Virus record (IMG/VR): IMGVR_UViG_3300020202_000067
Location: 1-17,334 of that record
Reading direction: 5' to 3' (one strand)
From: a virus
Taxonomy: Duplodnaviria > Heunggongvirae > Uroviricota > Caudoviricetes
DNA: 17,334 nt
Position 1 is the stretch's first letter. Every line of letters begins with the position of its first letter. A program made the position numbers and the translations under genes. Shown piece by piece: positions 14,468 through 17,334 of the stretch. Below the pieces are notes generated by a model. That model searched no databases and had not been told where the DNA came from. It worked only from the letters and a program-made list of their open reading frames with translations.

Positions 14468-14757
14468 TCATGGCATTTGTTACCAAGACATTCAACGACA
14501 TCGGCAAGGGCATTGGCCGCATGTTCACGCCTCCTAGCGGCATGATGGGCGCTGGCGGGCAAGGCGGCAACATCACCATTGAGTCGCCTGAACCGGTGGC
14601 TCCTCCGCGCACGCCACTTTCTTCTACAGAGACGGCTGCATTACAACGTGCTCGTGCCGGCTCGCCGAAGTCTGCGAACAAAGATATCGTTCTGACCTCA
14701 ACGGCCACTAGAGCTGAAGATGTTCCAGTCGTGCGCCGAACATTGGCAGGTGGGTGA
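14464..14757 (+). CDS. Small pre-portal protein B, paralog of A, 95-97 aa
   Basis: MAFVTKTFNDIGKGIGRMFT versus MTFVTRAFNDVGKAINRAFT in protein A; ends TLAGG; start at 14464 or 14470. Confidence 0.7.
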   Translation: MIMAFVTKTFNDIGKGIGRMFTPPSGMMGAGGQGGNITIESPEPVAPPRTPLSSTETAALQRARAGSPKSANKDIVLTSTATRAEDVPVVRRTLAGG

Positions 14758-16382
14758 TGGCTCGATTTCATGACCTGATGGACCGAGCAAAAGCTCTGGA
14801 TGATCGCAAAAATCCCTGGATGGATTTTTGGCAGCAGCTTGCAGACATCTTTCTGCCCCATCAGGCTGATTTCACCAGACTCAATCAACCGGCAGAACCG
14901 CGCGGTGTCAGCATCTATGATGGCACTCCGCGGCTCGCCGCGCGAGATCTGGCCACAACGCTGGATGGCCTGACAAAGCCGAAGTCGGTGAGCTGGTTTG
15001 ATGTCGATGTGCTCGATGAGGATCTGAAGGCATTTGATGATGTTAAGCTCTGGCTTGATATTGTCAAGGACCGGATGTGGAATCATATCTATCGCAAAGA
15101 TGCTCGTTTCATTCAGCGCTCTGGCGAAGTTGATATGCAGCTTGCCGTCTATGGCTGGGGTCCGCTGTGGACGCAGGAAAATGCATTGAAGAATGGATTG
15201 CTGTTCAAGTCGTTCCATCTTTCTAAGGTTGCTATTGACGAGAACAGCGAAGGCATTGTTGACACCATCACCATCAAGGAGATGCTGAACGCCCGGCAAG
15301 CGCACGACAAGATCCTTTCTTTTGGAAAGGCTCCTGGAAAGCACATCATGGAAGTCTTGCAAGGAGACCGCAAGAAGATTGCTGATTCCAAGTTTGAATT
15401 CGTCCAGATCGTTCTGCCGAATACAGACTTTGATGCCAAGGCTTTCGGCAAGCGTCGCATGCCATTCCTGACGGCGTTGATTGATGTCAAGGATGAAAAG
15501 ATCATTCATGAGGACGGCTTCTTCGAATTCCCTGCTGCGTGTCCGCGCTGGGAAACCGCCCCTGGTGAGATTTATGCACGCTCGCCAGCAATGATCGCAT
15601 TGCCAGATGCGCAGACATTGCAGGCCATGGGCAAGACCTTGCTGGTCGGCGGACAGCGCGCCGTGGACCCGCCGATCTGGGTGCTGAATGACTCCATCAT
15701 GTCTCCGCTGCGCACCTTCCCTGGTGGAGTGACAGTTCTTGACACGAGCGACGGCAATACTCCGGTTGGCTCTTTCCCTGTCACAACCAATCTTCCAGTC
15801 GGTCGGGAAATGCAGCAAGACTATCGCATTCAGGTGGAAGCTGCATTCTTCAAGAACATCTTCAATCTCCCGATCGAAACGCGCCAGATGACGGCGACAG
15901 AGATCGTTGCCCGCAAGGAAGAGTTCATTCGCGTCATTGGCCCTGTATTCGGCCGTCTTGAAACTGACTACATTGGCCATATTGTTGAGCGAGTGTTCGG
16001 CATCATGGATCGAGCCGGAGCTTTTCCGCCGCGTCCTGATGTATTGCAAGATCAGAAGATCACGTTCAAGTTTCGCTCACCGATCCAGCAAGCGCGCAAG
16101 CAGATGGAGATTGCTTCACTGAGCAATGCGCTCACGATGTTGGCGCCACTGGCTGAGGTGCAGCCGCACATCATCGATCGCATCGATGGCGAAGAGGTCG
16201 TGAAAGACTCACCTGATTGGGGCGGTCTGCCACATCGCTGGATCAAGTCAGACAAGAAGGTTGAAGAGGAGCGCGCAGCGCGCCAGGAAGCTGGTGAGCT
16301 TGAGCAAACGCTCGCGGCGTCTGGTCCTGTTTCCCAGGCGATCAAGAATGTCGCTCAAGCTGATGCGTTGATGCAGCAATGA
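14757..16382 (+). CDS. Portal / head-to-tail connector protein (T7 gp8 / BPP-1 Bbp21-like), about 541 aa
   Basis: W..LADIFLP, IYDGTPRLAARDLA...WF, FPAACPRW...EIYARSPAMIALPDAQTL, MTATEIVARKEE...GPVFGRLETD...PIQQA; TGATG coupling at 14755-14759. Confidence 0.92.
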   Translation: MARFHDLMDRAKALDDRKNPWMDFWQQLADIFLPHQADFTRLNQPAEPRGVSIYDGTPRLAARDLATTLDGLTKPKSVSWFDVDVLDEDLKAFDDVKLWLDIVKDRMWNHIYRKDARFIQRSGEVDMQLAVYGWGPLWTQENALKNGLLFKSFHLSKVAIDENSEGIVDTITIKEMLNARQAHDKILSFGKAPGKHIMEVLQGDRKKIADSKFEFVQIVLPNTDFDAKAFGKRRMPFLTALIDVKDEKIIHEDGFFEFPAACPRWETAPGEIYARSPAMIALPDAQTLQAMGKTLLVGGQRAVDPPIWVLNDSIMSPLRTFPGGVTVLDTSDGNTPVGSFPVTTNLPVGREMQQDYRIQVEAAFFKNIFNLPIETRQMTATEIVARKEEFIRVIGPVFGRLETDYIGHIVERVFGIMDRAGAFPPRPDVLQDQKITFKFRSPIQQARKQMEIASLSNALTMLAPLAEVQPHIIDRIDGEEVVKDSPDWGGLPHRWIKSDKKVEEERAARQEAGELEQTLAASGPVSQAIKNVAQADALMQQ

Positions 16383-16708
16383 TTGAAGGAAAAGAAGCTC
16401 TCGTAGAATTGCTTGAAAGCCTGCCGCGCGTGCGGGCTGCAGATGACGGTCCCTATACATACAAGGATCGTGCCGCTGACTTCATCGCAGTTTTCAATGG
16501 CACATCCAATGCTGAGCAGGGCCGACGCGTCCTGTCTCAGATCCACCAGATTTGCGATCCGGCACCAATTTTTTCGGACGCAGATAAGCCGGGAGCACTT
16601 GCTTGGAAGACTGGCATGCGCCGCGTGTTTGCGGAAATCATGCTGTGCTTCGTGGCGAAGCAGCCGGTAACTATTCAGTCAAGTCCTGAGACCAACAAGG
16701 AAGTTTGA
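16379..16708 (+). CDS. Bbp19-like protein, 109 aa
   Basis: Directly after the portal; FIAVF...GRRVLSQI..IC...ALAWKTGMRRVF pattern. Confidence 0.6.
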   Translation: MIEGKEALVELLESLPRVRAADDGPYTYKDRAADFIAVFNGTSNAEQGRRVLSQIHQICDPAPIFSDADKPGALAWKTGMRRVFAEIMLCFVAKQPVTIQSSPETNKEV

Positions 16709-16710
16709 AC

Positions 16711-17334
16711 ATGTCTACAGCAGCAGCCCAGGGGCAACAGAACAATGCGTCTGGAGGAGATCCGGCCTCCCAACAGGGCCAACAGGCGGCGCAGGCGGCG
16801 CAAGGCCAGCAAGCGGCGCAGGGTGAACAGAATACTCAAGGCCAGCAGGCTCAGCAAGGTCAGCAAGAGGCGCAAGGACAGCAAGCCGCACAATCCCAAC
16901 AGACGGCCCCAAATGCGTTTCAGGAACTCATCAGTCAGATTAATGATCCGAAGTTGAAGGAGTATGGCCAGCGCTATACCTCAGCAGAGGATCTTGTCAG
17001 GACGGCACTTAATCTGCGCGATGATGTTTCTAAGCGCATCAAGGTTCCGGACGAGAATGCCTCTGAAGAGGACAAGCAGAAATATCGCAAGGCACTAGGC
17101 ATTCCGGAAGCTGCTGATGGTTACAAAGAGGCCATTCAACTTCCTCAAGGTGTGCAACTGACTGAGTCGGACAACGTCATTCTCGACGCCGTTCTTCCGA
17201 TCGCACATGAAGCTGGTGTTCCGGCAGGCGCTATGGGCAAGCTCGTGTCCAAGTTCGTTGAGCTTTCGCACAACCTGCAGAATGAAGCGGCACAGACCAT
17301 TGTCAATTTCGGTAAGCAGGCAGAAGCCGACTTG
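16711..17334 (+). CDS. Putative capsid scaffolding protein, partial (open at the window end, at least 208 aa)
   Basis: Translated by hand from ATG 16711 after AAGGAAG: Gln/Ala/Gly low-complexity N-terminus (QGQQAAQ repeats), then KVPDENASEEDKQKYRKALGIPEAADGY, typical of podovirus-like scaffolds; no stop before 17334. Confidence 0.75.
   Translation, partial: MSTAAAQGQQNNASGGDPASQQGQQAAQAAQGQQAAQGEQNTQGQQAQQGQQEAQGQQAAQSQQTAPNAFQELISQINDPKLKEYGQRYTSAEDLVRTALNLRDDVSKRIKVPDENASEEDKQKYRKALGIPEAADGYKEAIQLPQGVQLTESDNVILDAVLPIAHEAGVPAGAMGKLVSKFVELSHNLQNEAAQTIVNFGKQAEADL

Larger units (their letters stand above)
1..17334 (+). mobile_element. Tailed dsDNA phage or prophage segment (late control, packaging, lysis, start of head module); podovirus-like
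   Basis: Terminase small and large subunits, GH19 endolysin, holin-like proteins, tail-fibre-like protein, head-tail connector portal and scaffold-like gene, all on the + strand with many ATGA/TGATG overlaps. No integrase or att site is in the window, so free phage versus prophage cannot be decided. Confidence 0.95.

Noticed and set aside
14400-16049. 549-aa minus-strand ORF
   Set aside because: It is the antisense shadow of the portal gene, has no recognisable motifs, and would oppose a uniformly + strand operon.
1-17334. tRNA, rRNA, CRISPR array, integrase/att, IS elements
   Set aside because: None was seen by eye. The repeats found are two-copy only and lack spacer periodicity.

Overview
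The window is one co-directional (+ strand), tightly coupled stretch of a tailed dsDNA phage or prophage, most likely podovirus-like given its T7/BPP-1-type head-to-tail connector. An alphaproteobacterial host is inferred from GC level and protein style. Gene order is: eight small hypothetical ORFs (three with winged-helix-like motifs); an AT-rich non-coding block with a 15-bp direct repeat; an RfaH-like NusG paralog; a perfect ops element (GGCGGTAGCATG); small terminase; seven tiny ORFs; large terminase; a Lys/Gly micro-ORF; tail-fibre-like protein; signal-peptide M15/YcbK-type peptidase; small exported Cys-rich proteins; GH19 endolysin with a C-terminal membrane anchor; holin-like membrane proteins; a solitary divergent NeuB/PseI-family synthase; an HExxH zincin-like protein; two tandem paralogous small proteins; portal; Bbp19-like protein; and a scaffolding-like protein running off the end. 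There are two main signals. The first is an apparently self-contained RfaH/ops antitermination switch at the head of the late operon, where lambdoid phages use Q/qut. The second is a lone nonulosonic-acid synthase homolog that keeps its metal-binding histidines but has lost the catalytic Glu motif. All family calls come from motif recognition by eye; no database search was run.
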